From positions 1 to 42,243 of the forward strand of contig JAFGRP010000025.1 of NCBI GenBank assembly GCA_016935075.1: a DNA stretch of 42,243 nucleotides, read 5' to 3'. Under the pieces are notes generated by a model. The model was not told the DNA's origin. It did no database searches and was given only the letters and a program-made list of their open reading frames with translations. Both the position numbers and the translations under genes were made by a program. Positions 6,991 to 15,270 of the stretch are shown piece after piece. This DNA is from Deltaproteobacteria bacterium. GTDB lineage: Bacteria; Desulfobacterota; Syntrophia; Syntrophales; UBA5619. The first letter of the stretch is position 1; each line of letters opens with the position of its first letter.

Positions 6991-7626
6991 ATGGGAAAAT
7001 TTATCACCTTTGAGGGCGGCGAGGGATCCGGCAAAACCACCCAGATCAAACTCGCGGCGGACTGGTTGAAGGAGCGCGGCATTCCTGTCCTTGCGACCGC
7101 CGAGCCCGGGGGAACACCACTCGGCCGGAAGATCCGCGAGATCCTGCTCAGCCGGAAATCTTGCGCCATCGGCGCCGAGGCGGAACTTCTTCTCTTTTCC
7201 GCCGCCCGCGTCCAGCATGTGCGGGAAACCATCCTCCCCGCGCTGGAAGCGGGGCAGTGGGTCCTCTGCGACCGTTTTACGGATGCGACGCTGGCCTATC
7301 AGGGCTTCGGCCGGAAGCTTGATGTCGAATTCATCCGCACATTGAATGACTTTTCCACATGTTCGCTCAAACCGGATCTGACCCTGCTCCTCGATCTCCC
7401 CGTGGAGGCCGGTCTTGCGCGGGCTAAAAAGCGAACGGCCGGCATATGCCCGGAGGCGGCTGAGGACCGTTTCGAGCGGGAGGAGAGAATCTTTCACGAG
7501 AGAATCCGTGAAGGGTATCTGAGTTTTGCAGCGAATGAACCGGAACGTTTCCGGATCATCAACGGCGCTGCGGATGTCGAGTCGGTCCGGCGCGAGGTCT
7601 GCCTTCACCTGTCGGCCCTGCCTTGA
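6991..7626 (+). CDS. tmk: thymidylate kinase
   Basis: MGKFITFEGGEGSGKTTQ P-loop, LATAEPGGTPLG, DRFTDATLAYQG, 211 aa. Confidence 0.95.
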   Translation: MGKFITFEGGEGSGKTTQIKLAADWLKERGIPVLATAEPGGTPLGRKIREILLSRKSCAIGAEAELLLFSAARVQHVRETILPALEAGQWVLCDRFTDATLAYQGFGRKLDVEFIRTLNDFSTCSLKPDLTLLLDLPVEAGLARAKKRTAGICPEAAEDRFEREERIFHERIREGYLSFAANEPERFRIINGAADVESVRREVCLHLSALP

Positions 7627-7653
7627 AATCTTTTTCCGGAAAGAAATGACGGC

Positions 7654-8619
7654 ATGAGGTTCAAAGAACTCTACGGCCACGAAAAACCGATTTCCATCCT
7701 GAAAAACGCGATGGCCGGGGAACGCATCGCGCATGCCTATCTCTTCTATGGGATTGAGGGGGTCGGCAAGAGGACCGCAGCATCCATCTTTGCCAGGGCG
7801 CTCAACTGCGGCGGGGAAGACCCGCCCTGCGACGCCTGCGCCTCCTGCCGGAAGGCGGCGCATAACAATCACCCCAACATCATCACGATCCGCGCGGAGG
7901 GGCAGTTCATCAAGATCGGGGCCATCAAGGAACTCCAGGGGCGGATGGCGTTCCGTCCCGGGGAGGGGAAACGGGTTTCCATTCTCGAAGAGGCGGACCG
8001 GATGAACGCACCCGCGGCCAACGCCCTCCTCAAGACCCTGGAAGAACCGGCCGCGGGGAATGTCCTTCTGCTGACCACCGCCCGGTCCCATGCCCTTCCC
8101 ATGACGATCCTCTCCCGCTGCCAGCATCTCCGCTTTGCGCCGCTTCCGCGGGAAGAGGTGGCCCGTTTCCTCCGGGAGAAGGAAGGACTGGACGCCGCAG
8201 CGGCGGCGGCACTTGCCGCGGCGTCCGGCGGCAGCATCGGCAGGGCGATTGAGATGAACCGGGAGGATTACCTCATCCTGCGGAACGGCATCCTGGAACA
8301 CCTCGCACAGGATGATCCGGCCGATCTGCTGAAAAGGATCGCGTTTGCCGGCCGCTTCGGAACGGAGCGGGAAGAGATCCTTGAACGCCTCCGGATCCTC
8401 CGGGGCGGTTACCGGGACAGCCTGATCCTCCGGGAGACGGGAGAAACGGAAAACCTGATGTTCCGGGACCGGGCCGGGGTGATCGAAGCGATTGCAACAC
8501 GCCTGTCGGGGATAGACCTTCTGCATAACATCGCAACGGTTACGACGGCCATGAACGCCATCACCCAGAACGCCAATAAGCCGTTGACTTTGGAGACCAT
8601 GTTGATTAAGCTCACATGA
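7654..8619 (+). CDS. holB: DNA polymerase III subunit delta'
   Basis: HAYLFYGIEGVGKRT, the zinc module CGGEDPPCDACASCRK, HPN, NALLKTLEEP and TILSRCQHLRF. It follows tmk as in many bacteria. Confidence 0.9.
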   Translation: MRFKELYGHEKPISILKNAMAGERIAHAYLFYGIEGVGKRTAASIFARALNCGGEDPPCDACASCRKAAHNNHPNIITIRAEGQFIKIGAIKELQGRMAFRPGEGKRVSILEEADRMNAPAANALLKTLEEPAAGNVLLLTTARSHALPMTILSRCQHLRFAPLPREEVARFLREKEGLDAAAAAALAAASGGSIGRAIEMNREDYLILRNGILEHLAQDDPADLLKRIAFAGRFGTEREEILERLRILRGGYRDSLILRETGETENLMFRDRAGVIEAIATRLSGIDLLHNIATVTTAMNAITQNANKPLTLETMLIKLT

Positions 8620-8647
8620 AAAAACAACCGCCCTGGGGTGACTCGGC

Positions 8648-9430
8648 TTGAAAAATATCGTCGGCGTCAAATTCAAAAAAGAAGGGAAGATTTACAGCTT
8701 TCATGCGGCAGATCTCCCTTTGAAGCGGGACGACCTCGTCGTGGTCATCACGGACAACGGCCAGGCTATCGGCACCGTCGCAACGGAGGTCAAGGCCGTC
8801 CCGGATGAACAGTCTGCCGCCAATCTGAAGGATGTCCTGCGTCCGGCCACGGAAGAGGATTTCCGGATCCGGGAAAACAATCAAAAATTAGAGCAGGAGG
8901 CAATGCAGTTCTGCGTCCGGAAAATCGCGGAGCGGCAGCTGCCCATGAAGATGATCGACGTGGAATGTCTCTTCGACAAGAGCAAGATGCTCTTCTCCTT
9001 CGCAGCGGAGACCCGGGTGGATTTCCGGGATCTGGTGAAGGATCTCGTGCAGCGGTTCCGGACCCGCATCGAGCTCAGGCAGATCGGCGCGCGGCAGGAA
9101 GCCCGCATCATCAAGGGACTCGGGATATGCGGGCGGGAGGTGTGCTGCGCGACTCTCCTGCACACCCTGGGCCGGGTTTCGGTCAAGATGGCGAAGGAAC
9201 AGAACATGTCTCTGAACCCCGAGAAGATCTCCGGCCTCTGCGGGAGGTTGATGTGCTGCCTCGGCTTCGAATATGAGGCGTACGCGGATCTGAAGAGAGA
9301 CATGCCAAAGTGCGGGAAGATGGTCCAGACCCCCGAGGGAAAGGGAAAGGTGATCCGCCAGAGCGCCCTCAAGGGAGAGTTCGTCGTCGTTCTCGAAAAC
9401 GGGAAGGAGGCGACTTTCAAAACGAAATGA
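8648..9430 (+). CDS. ricT: PSP1-domain protein (YaaT/RicT homolog)
   Basis: TTG start, then VGVKFKKEGKIYSFHA and the C-terminal Cys cluster GICGREVCCATLL...LCGRLMCCLGFE typical of PSP1/YaaT. The tmk-holB-yaaT order is conserved. Confidence 0.8.
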   Translation: MKNIVGVKFKKEGKIYSFHAADLPLKRDDLVVVITDNGQAIGTVATEVKAVPDEQSAANLKDVLRPATEEDFRIRENNQKLEQEAMQFCVRKIAERQLPMKMIDVECLFDKSKMLFSFAAETRVDFRDLVKDLVQRFRTRIELRQIGARQEARIIKGLGICGREVCCATLLHTLGRVSVKMAKEQNMSLNPEKISGLCGRLMCCLGFEYEAYADLKRDMPKCGKMVQTPEGKGKVIRQSALKGEFVVVLENGKEATFKTK

Positions 9431-9466
9431 TAAATAGCGCGCGAGTCTCCGTTAATGGGAATAAAT

Positions 9467-9509
9467 GGGGACATGTTCCGTAAGCCCGGAGGGATCGGAA
9501 CGTGTCCCC
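9467..9509. terminator. 14-bp stem-loop after ricT, AATGGGG-family palindrome
   Basis: GGGGACATGTTCCG (9467-9480) pairs with CGGAACGTGTCCCC (9496-9509) with one G-U position. It is preceded by ATAAATGGGG. It sits between the ricT stop (9430) and the metG start (9525). Confidence 0.5.
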
Positions 9510-9524
9510 GGAATCAGGTGAATT

Positions 9525-11435
9525 ATGGATGACGCTTTTTATATCACGACACCGATCTATTATGTGAACGCCTCGCCCCACATCGGGCACGCCTATACGA
9601 CCATCGTCGCCGACGTCCTCGCCCGCTACCACCGCCTCCGCGGCTGCCGGACCTTCTTCGTCACCGGAACGGACGAGCACGGCGACAAGATCGTGGAGGC
9701 GGCGCAGAAGGCGAGTGTCACGCCGAGGGAATACGCCGACCGGATCAGCGCCCAGTTCCGTGCCCTCTGGCCGGAGCTTGCGATCACCAACGATTACTTC
9801 ATCCGGACGACCGATGTGAGCCATGAGGAGACGGTCAGACAGATCCTCCGAAAGGTTCATGACGCGGGTGACATCTACTTCGGCCAGTATGAAGGATTCT
9901 ACTGTGTGGGTTGTGAACGCTTCTACATGGAGAAGGAACTGGTCGACGGGAAGTGTCCCGACCACCAGACCGCGCCGGAATTCCGGAAAGAGAGCAACTA
10001 CTTCTTCCGGATGGGGAAATACCAGGAGTGGCTCATCCGGCACATTGAGGAGAATCCGGAGTTCATCCGGCCGGAACGGTACCGGAACGAAGCCCTCGCT
10101 TTCCTGCGCGATCCCCTGGAGGACCTCTGCATTTCGCGGCCGAAAAGCCGCCTTACCTGGGGGATCACACTGCCGTTCGACGAAAATTACGTGACCTACG
10201 TCTGGTTCGACGCGCTGATCAACTACGTCACGGCGGTTGGGTATCCGGACGGCGAAAATTTCAAAACCTTCTGGCCGGCCGCGCAGCACCTGATCGCCAA
10301 GGACATTCTGAAGCCCCACGGAATCTACTGGCCCACGATGCTCAAGGCGGCCGGGATCGAACCCTACCGGCGCCTGAACGTGCACGGATACTGGAACGTC
10401 GATCAGAGCAAGATGTCCAAAAGTCTGGGCAATGTCGTAAAGCCCCTCGATCTGAGGGACAAATACGGACTCGACCCCTTCCGTTATTTTCTTCTCCGGG
10501 ATATGGTTTTCGGCCTCGATTCCAGCTTCAGCGAGGAGGCTTTCGTCCAGCGGATCAACTCGGATCTCGCCAATGACCTGGGGAACCTCGTCAGTCGGAC
10601 GATGCAGATGGCCGTAAAATACGGTAACGGACAAGTCCCGGAGCCCGCGGTTGTCGTCGGCGAAGACCTTATTCTCCGGGAGGCAGCCGCAAAGACGGTC
10701 ACCGAGGTGGAGGCCTGCTTCGAAACCTTAAGCCTTCACAAGGCGCTCATTTCCATCTGGGAGTTCATCAATGTGACCAACAAGTACATCGTCGAGCGCG
10801 AACCCTGGGTCCTGGCCAAGGATCCGGCCAACCACGCCCGTCTGGAGACGATTCTCTACAACCTGCTGGAGGCCCTGCGGATCACCGCCGTCCTGATCGC
10901 CCCCTTCATGCCGGGTTCGGCCACAAAGATCCTGGAGCAACTGGGCATTGCCGATCCCGCCGGCCAGAATTTTCAGGGCATCCGGAACTGGGGCGGTCTT
11001 GAGGCGGGGAGCGGACTGAAACGCGGGGAACCCCTCTTTCCCCGGGTGGAGATCCGCGTGGAGGAGGCAAAACCGGAAGAGCCCCCAAAGGCGGCTGCAC
11101 CACCGCCCATCAAACCGGAGATCTCCTACGAGGAGTTCGAGAAGGTGGACCTCCGGGCGGCAAAGGTCCTCGCGGCGGAGCGGGTTCCCAAATCGAACAA
11201 GCTGCTCCGGTTGACGGTGGAAATCGACGGGGAGCGGCAGATCGTGGCAGGCATGGGAAAGGATTACAAACCGGAAGATCTCATCGGCAAAACCATCGTC
11301 GTCGTGGCCAACCTGAAGCCGGCAAAACTGATGAGGGTCGAATCCCGGGGCATGCTTTTGGCGACGGATACGGAAGACGGCCTCACGCTCCTGGGCTTCG
11401 ACCGGCCGCCGAAAACCGGCGCAAAGATCCGCTGA
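9525..11435 (+). CDS. metG: methionine--tRNA ligase with C-terminal Trbp111/EMAPII-like tRNA-binding domain
   Basis: YITTPIYYVNASPHIGHAYT (HIGH motif), KMSKSLGN (KMSKS motif), and the C-terminal ISYEEFEKVDLRAAKVLAAERVPKSNKLLRLTVEIDGERQIVAG. Confidence 0.95.
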   Translation: MDDAFYITTPIYYVNASPHIGHAYTTIVADVLARYHRLRGCRTFFVTGTDEHGDKIVEAAQKASVTPREYADRISAQFRALWPELAITNDYFIRTTDVSHEETVRQILRKVHDAGDIYFGQYEGFYCVGCERFYMEKELVDGKCPDHQTAPEFRKESNYFFRMGKYQEWLIRHIEENPEFIRPERYRNEALAFLRDPLEDLCISRPKSRLTWGITLPFDENYVTYVWFDALINYVTAVGYPDGENFKTFWPAAQHLIAKDILKPHGIYWPTMLKAAGIEPYRRLNVHGYWNVDQSKMSKSLGNVVKPLDLRDKYGLDPFRYFLLRDMVFGLDSSFSEEAFVQRINSDLANDLGNLVSRTMQMAVKYGNGQVPEPAVVVGEDLILREAAAKTVTEVEACFETLSLHKALISIWEFINVTNKYIVEREPWVLAKDPANHARLETILYNLLEALRITAVLIAPFMPGSATKILEQLGIADPAGQNFQGIRNWGGLEAGSGLKRGEPLFPRVEIRVEEAKPEEPPKAAAPPPIKPEISYEEFEKVDLRAAKVLAAERVPKSNKLLRLTVEIDGERQIVAGMGKDYKPEDLIGKTIVVVANLKPAKLMRVESRGMLLATDTEDGLTLLGFDRPPKTGAKIR

Positions 11436-11602
11436 CACCCACCTGACCTTCCGGTCTTGCGCCAAGCCGGCCTCGATCGTCTCCCGGACCACACCCTTGA
11501 CGCCCTGGACCTCCGCCTCCGGATCCTTCGTGATAAGCCTTCGCTCTTGACGTCTTGGACACCCTGCAGCTTACTTCAGGTTATTCCATTTCTTCACATT
11601 TC

Positions 11603-12916
11603 TCAATTCATCAAACTGGGAAGCCACATAACGAGCCATGGGAAAAGAAGCAGCGCAAAGACACAGAAGGTATTCACGAAAAAGAACGGAATACAGCCAC
11701 GGTATATTACCCCCATGGTAACCTCCGGAGGGGCAATCGTCTTCAAATAGAAGGCAGAATACGCAAACGGGGGTGTCATGTTCGAAATGGTTAAGGTTGT
11801 GCAGAAAAGGATGCCAAAGTAAACCGGGTCGAGATGGATGGCATTGCATAAAGGTCCGAAAATGGGTGTAAGGATGAAGATCAGGGCGATCCAATCCATG
11901 ACAAACCCCAGCAACCACACAACCCCAAGCATGATCATCGTTGTGCCTATGGGTCCGGCCTGAAATGAAAGTATGATTGTCCTCAGGGCCACATCACCAC
12001 CTGTCGCTATGAAAACCCCGGTAAAAAGCTGGCCCCCAAGACAGATCATAAGGACGGCAGCCGTGATCTTGAATGCGCTTGCGGTCGCTTTCGTGAGGGT
12101 TTCCAGATTGAATCTTCCCTCTATTGCAACAAGGATCATGGCACCCAGTACACCCATTGCGCCTGCTTCTGAAGGGCCTACGAGACCGAAGAAGATGGAT
12201 CCCATGACGGCAATAATCAGAAAAACCGGTGGTATCAGAGACCGCATGACCAAACGGGCTAATGCTTTTCCGTAAATTCTCTCTTCCTTCGCTATCGGCT
12301 TTCCTATTTTGGGGTCAACAAGAGACCATATATACACAAATATCATGTACATCACCCCAAGAACTATCCCGGGAAGAAGAGAGGCGACATAAAGGGTAGA
12401 AATAGACACCCCTGCGGCGCAGCCGTATAAAATCAACATGAGACTGGGAGGGATCATCACCCCCAAGCCACCTCCAACCATTACGCTTCCTGTTGCCAGG
12501 CTTTTGTTATACCCGCGGGATAGCATGGAAGGCAGAGCAAGCAGTCCGATCAGAATCACCCCTGCCCCGACAATTCCCGTACAGGCTCCAAAAATTATCG
12601 CCATTGCAATCGTGGCGAGTGCAAGGCCACCTCGAACAGGCCCCAGCAACTGATAAAACGCCTCGTAAAGTTTTTCAGCCACTCCTGCATGTTCCATGAG
12701 CGTTCCCATATAAATAAATAAAGGAGCCGCCACAAAGGCATAATTTGTCGCCATGCCAAAGGCCTGAACGGGATAGAGGGGGAATACCCGGTCTCCCATC
12801 AGAAAGTACCCAAAAATCAATGAGATGGTGGAAAGGGCGAAGGCAACATGAACGCCCATGACGATGGCGCCAACGATAACCGCAAGCATGATCAATGACC
12901 ACATTTCGGGTCCCAT
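11603..12916 (-). CDS. dctM: TRAP transporter large permease subunit (DctM family)
   Basis: 437 aa, about 12 TM spans, with a typical DctM N-terminus and the ...GPVRGGLALATIAMAIIFGACTG motif region. It lies directly downstream (1-nt gap) of the small subunit gene. Confidence 0.9.
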   Translation of the reverse strand: MGPEMWSLIMLAVIVGAIVMGVHVAFALSTISLIFGYFLMGDRVFPLYPVQAFGMATNYAFVAAPLFIYMGTLMEHAGVAEKLYEAFYQLLGPVRGGLALATIAMAIIFGACTGIVGAGVILIGLLALPSMLSRGYNKSLATGSVMVGGGLGVMIPPSLMLILYGCAAGVSISTLYVASLLPGIVLGVMYMIFVYIWSLVDPKIGKPIAKEERIYGKALARLVMRSLIPPVFLIIAVMGSIFFGLVGPSEAGAMGVLGAMILVAIEGRFNLETLTKATASAFKITAAVLMICLGGQLFTGVFIATGGDVALRTIILSFQAGPIGTTMIMLGVVWLLGFVMDWIALIFILTPIFGPLCNAIHLDPVYFGILFCTTLTISNMTPPFAYSAFYLKTIAPPEVTMGVIYRGCIPFFFVNTFCVFALLLFPWLVMWLPSLMN

Positions 12917-12917
12917 C

Positions 12918-13421
12918 TTATTGCCTCCTTAAAGATTTAACAATGCGAATAAAATCCGCAATACTTTGAAGAAGGAATAAGAGGAAAGCCAACGGAATCA
13001 TGAATCTCCATGGCCAAATGATTTCGCCCCATTGACTTGTGTTGCTGATCTCCTCACCCACCATCGAAAGGATCGCAACCTTGGTTCCAAACCATACCAT
13101 CACAAATGCAAAAGGGAAAATGATGATGACTAAATTAACCAGTTCTATGATCGCTTGGGTTCGGGAAGAGAGCATATTCAGGATGACATCGACCCTAATA
13201 TGTCCCTTTTTGAGTTGAATGTAAGCTGCGCCTCCCATAAAGAATGTAGAATAGATCATCATGGCCACATCAAATCCCCAGTCGGTTGGACTATTGAAGC
13301 AATACCGCGCAAATACTTCATACAGCACCACCGCGCTCAGGATCACCGCCAGCCAGAGCAGGATCTTTCCACTCCAGAGACTGATGTTATCGATACAATC
13401 CAGAATCCTCATTCGAATCAT
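12918..13421 (-). CDS. dctQ: TRAP transporter small permease subunit (DctQ family)
   Basis: 4-TM protein, RILDCIDNISLWSGKILLWLAVILSAVVLYEVFARY. Start is ATG 13421 or ATG 13412 behind AAGGAGAGGG. The track start at 13475 has no RBS. Confidence 0.8.
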   Translation of the reverse strand: MIRMRILDCIDNISLWSGKILLWLAVILSAVVLYEVFARYCFNSPTDWGFDVAMMIYSTFFMGGAAYIQLKKGHIRVDVILNMLSSRTQAIIELVNLVIIIFPFAFVMVWFGTKVAILSMVGEEISNTSQWGEIIWPWRFMIPLAFLLFLLQSIADFIRIVKSLRRQ

Positions 13422-13571
13422 CCCTCTCCTTAGTACCTTATCCTTATATGGCGCAGTACTACGGTGCTGCGCCATATAAGGATTTCATAAACTTTCCCTA
13501 ATGTTGCAACATGGTCTAACCGGAAACGGACAAGCGGTTAGTTTACCCTCGCCCTTTTTTGCTCCCGGGGT

Positions 13572-14684
13572 TTATGATGCCCCTTTCACGAGTCCCAACT
13601 CGCCGCCCGTCATATTGAGGTAATCTATCCAGCGCGCGTACTTCCCGTAATCCTTCTGAAATTTAGCCCAGGATTCCAAAATCACGGCAAGATCCTTATG
13701 TTTTTTGGCTTGTTCATACGAGTAATCTGCGGTTGCTTCATCCACCGCCTTAACCACGCTCTCCGGCAACATCAGGATCTCACACTTCTTCTCTTCCGCA
13801 GCCTTCTTTAACGTCAAGAAATCCTGCTCAACATTCCATGTCAATGAACGCAGAACAGAATCTCGGCTCGCCTTTTCAACCGCCTTCTTCATATCGGCAG
13901 GAAGTTTATTCCATTTATCAAGATTGACGGCCCAGATCATAAAGGGGGAAGTCGATTTCTTCGGGTGAAAATAGAGATATTTAACCACATCGCAAAATCC
14001 GACGGGGTAGGTGCAGCTCAGGTTTCCGTACTCCATGGCATCTATCACTTTTCTTTCTAATGCCGGAACCATTTCCGCTTCGGAAAGCACAACGATAGAC
14101 ATCCCCATCTTCGTGAGAACCTCCCCCCTGGCTCCCGCAGCTCGCATCTTCAAGCCCTTGAGGTCGGCTACCGTATTAATCTTCTTGTTTGAATAGATCC
14201 ATACCTCCGTCGAGACGCAGTTCATGTAAAGGGGATGGGTATGGTAGCGTTTGTGGTAAATATCTTCGAGAATTTCTTTACCGCCCCCATTGTAATACCA
14301 GATGATCTTTTCAATGGGACTTTGGCTACCGGGTGCATCGCAAAACCACTGGCCTCCATAAGCCTTGGATTTGCCAACGCAGGTGCACCCCATTCCAAAA
14401 TCAATGATGCCCTGACCGGCCGCATCAAATACCTGTCCTGCCGGGCAGAGCTCACCGGCCTGATGCAATTCAATCTGGAGGCGCCCGTTCGTGTATTTTT
14501 CAATCAGGAATTCGAAGTCTTCATTGGTATCATAAAATCTGTTCGCACGGGTACAGAAAGCTTGACCCTTCCATTTGAATTGCTCTTCTGCAGCTTGGGC
14601 AAGTGGAAGGCCGCCCATTACAGCCCCTGCGGCTACAGCGCCGATCCCGGCACTCTTTAAAAAATCCCTTCTGGTCTTTTTCAT
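13572..14684 (-). CDS. dctP: TRAP transporter solute-binding subunit (DctP type, FcbT1/COG4663-like) with twin-arginine signal
   Basis: The Tat signal is MKKTRRDFLKSAGIGAVAAGAVMGGLPLAQA. The mature part, FKWKGQAF...GRLQIELHQAGELCPAGQVFDAAGQGIIDFGMG, matches the Tat-exported DctP subgroup. Confidence 0.9.
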   Translation of the reverse strand: MKKTRRDFLKSAGIGAVAAGAVMGGLPLAQAAEEQFKWKGQAFCTRANRFYDTNEDFEFLIEKYTNGRLQIELHQAGELCPAGQVFDAAGQGIIDFGMGCTCVGKSKAYGGQWFCDAPGSQSPIEKIIWYYNGGGKEILEDIYHKRYHTHPLYMNCVSTEVWIYSNKKINTVADLKGLKMRAAGARGEVLTKMGMSIVVLSEAEMVPALERKVIDAMEYGNLSCTYPVGFCDVVKYLYFHPKKSTSPFMIWAVNLDKWNKLPADMKKAVEKASRDSVLRSLTWNVEQDFLTLKKAAEEKKCEILMLPESVVKAVDEATADYSYEQAKKHKDLAVILESWAKFQKDYGKYARWIDYLNMTGGELGLVKGAS

Positions 14685-14893
14685 TTGAGCCTCCCTGTAT
14701 TAAAAATTGTTTTTTAATGGCTGATTGTTCTCTCTCCCATCCGTAATTTTTACCATACTCATGGCACCTCGATTCCGATTAGATTAACGCCAATCACCTC
14801 CTCTGTATGAATTTTCCGCATTCTTTTATAATTTCTTATACGACACTGCAGCATCGCCGGTTAATACTCGAACAACTTCATTGGAATCAATGC

Positions 14894-14916
14894 CTATTGT
14901 TTATTGTATATTGTTA
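14894..14916. promoter_or_regulatory. three tandem TATTGT heptads (CTATTGT TTATTGT ATATTGT TA); candidate operator upstream of dctPQM
   Basis: Read directly from the sequence. The same three heptads, permuted, recur at 26097-26119 in front of the GntR gene. It lies 210-232 nt upstream of the dctP ATG, and extra ATTGT copies sit at 14706-14710 and 14724-14728. Confidence 0.4.
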
Positions 14917-15152
14917 GGTTGTTTTTATCCCAAGAGGCAACCCTCCGTCAAGAAATTTTTTGAGTTTTCTTTGAATTTTTTCGGATTTTTATCGCGGCGG
15001 GCATGGGAAAGAATTACAAAGCATAGCGACACCCTCCCCCGGGAGGAACCGGAGCATCTTTGGGCTACAAACGTAAGGCTGCTTGAGCCCTCCGGGCTGC
15101 CGCTACAACTCCAGACAGGAGTCTGGAGTTTTGGGCGGAAGAAAATGAACAA

Positions 15153-15172
15153 CCCCGCAACAAGCTGCGGGG
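15153..15172 (-). terminator. candidate intrinsic terminator of the OYE-type reductase gene
   Basis: On the - strand, CCCCGCA-GCTTGT-TGCGGGG is followed by TTGTTCATTTTCTTCC. It lies about 100 nt downstream of the stop at 15271. Confidence 0.45.
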
Positions 15173-15270
15173 TATCCAGGACATCTTATTTTTTCTCTTT
15201 TAGCGTTTCCGATAAGCCACATTTGCACACCCATCGAACATCCTACCGGACCGGATTTGCGTGATTCCTT

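Noticed and set aside
6904-8676. Very long antisense ORFs listed in the track: 6904-8676(-), 9417-10634(-), 15724-17190(+), 17592-18659(+), 24287-25390(+), 26405-27895(+), 22112-22825(+), 22833-23726(+), 37570-38391(-) and similar.
   Set aside because: Each lies opposite a gene with clear family motifs. Their products are Arg/Pro/Gly-rich low-complexity strings with no motifs and no RBS. This is the usual shadow-ORF artefact of high third-position GC.
11436-11602. Possible protein-coding relic on the - strand between metG and dctM (ITKDPEAEVQGVKGVVRETIEAGLAQDRKV, vaguely tautomerase-like).
   Set aside because: It covers only about 30 residues, with no start or stop structure, and the resemblance is too weak to support a call without a profile search.
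14881-15264. 127-aa + strand ORF in the spacer between dctP and the reductase gene.
   Set aside because: It has no RBS. It spans the heptad repeats and two hairpins. Its composition is heterogeneous and it shows no motif. I treat the region as regulatory and terminator DNA.
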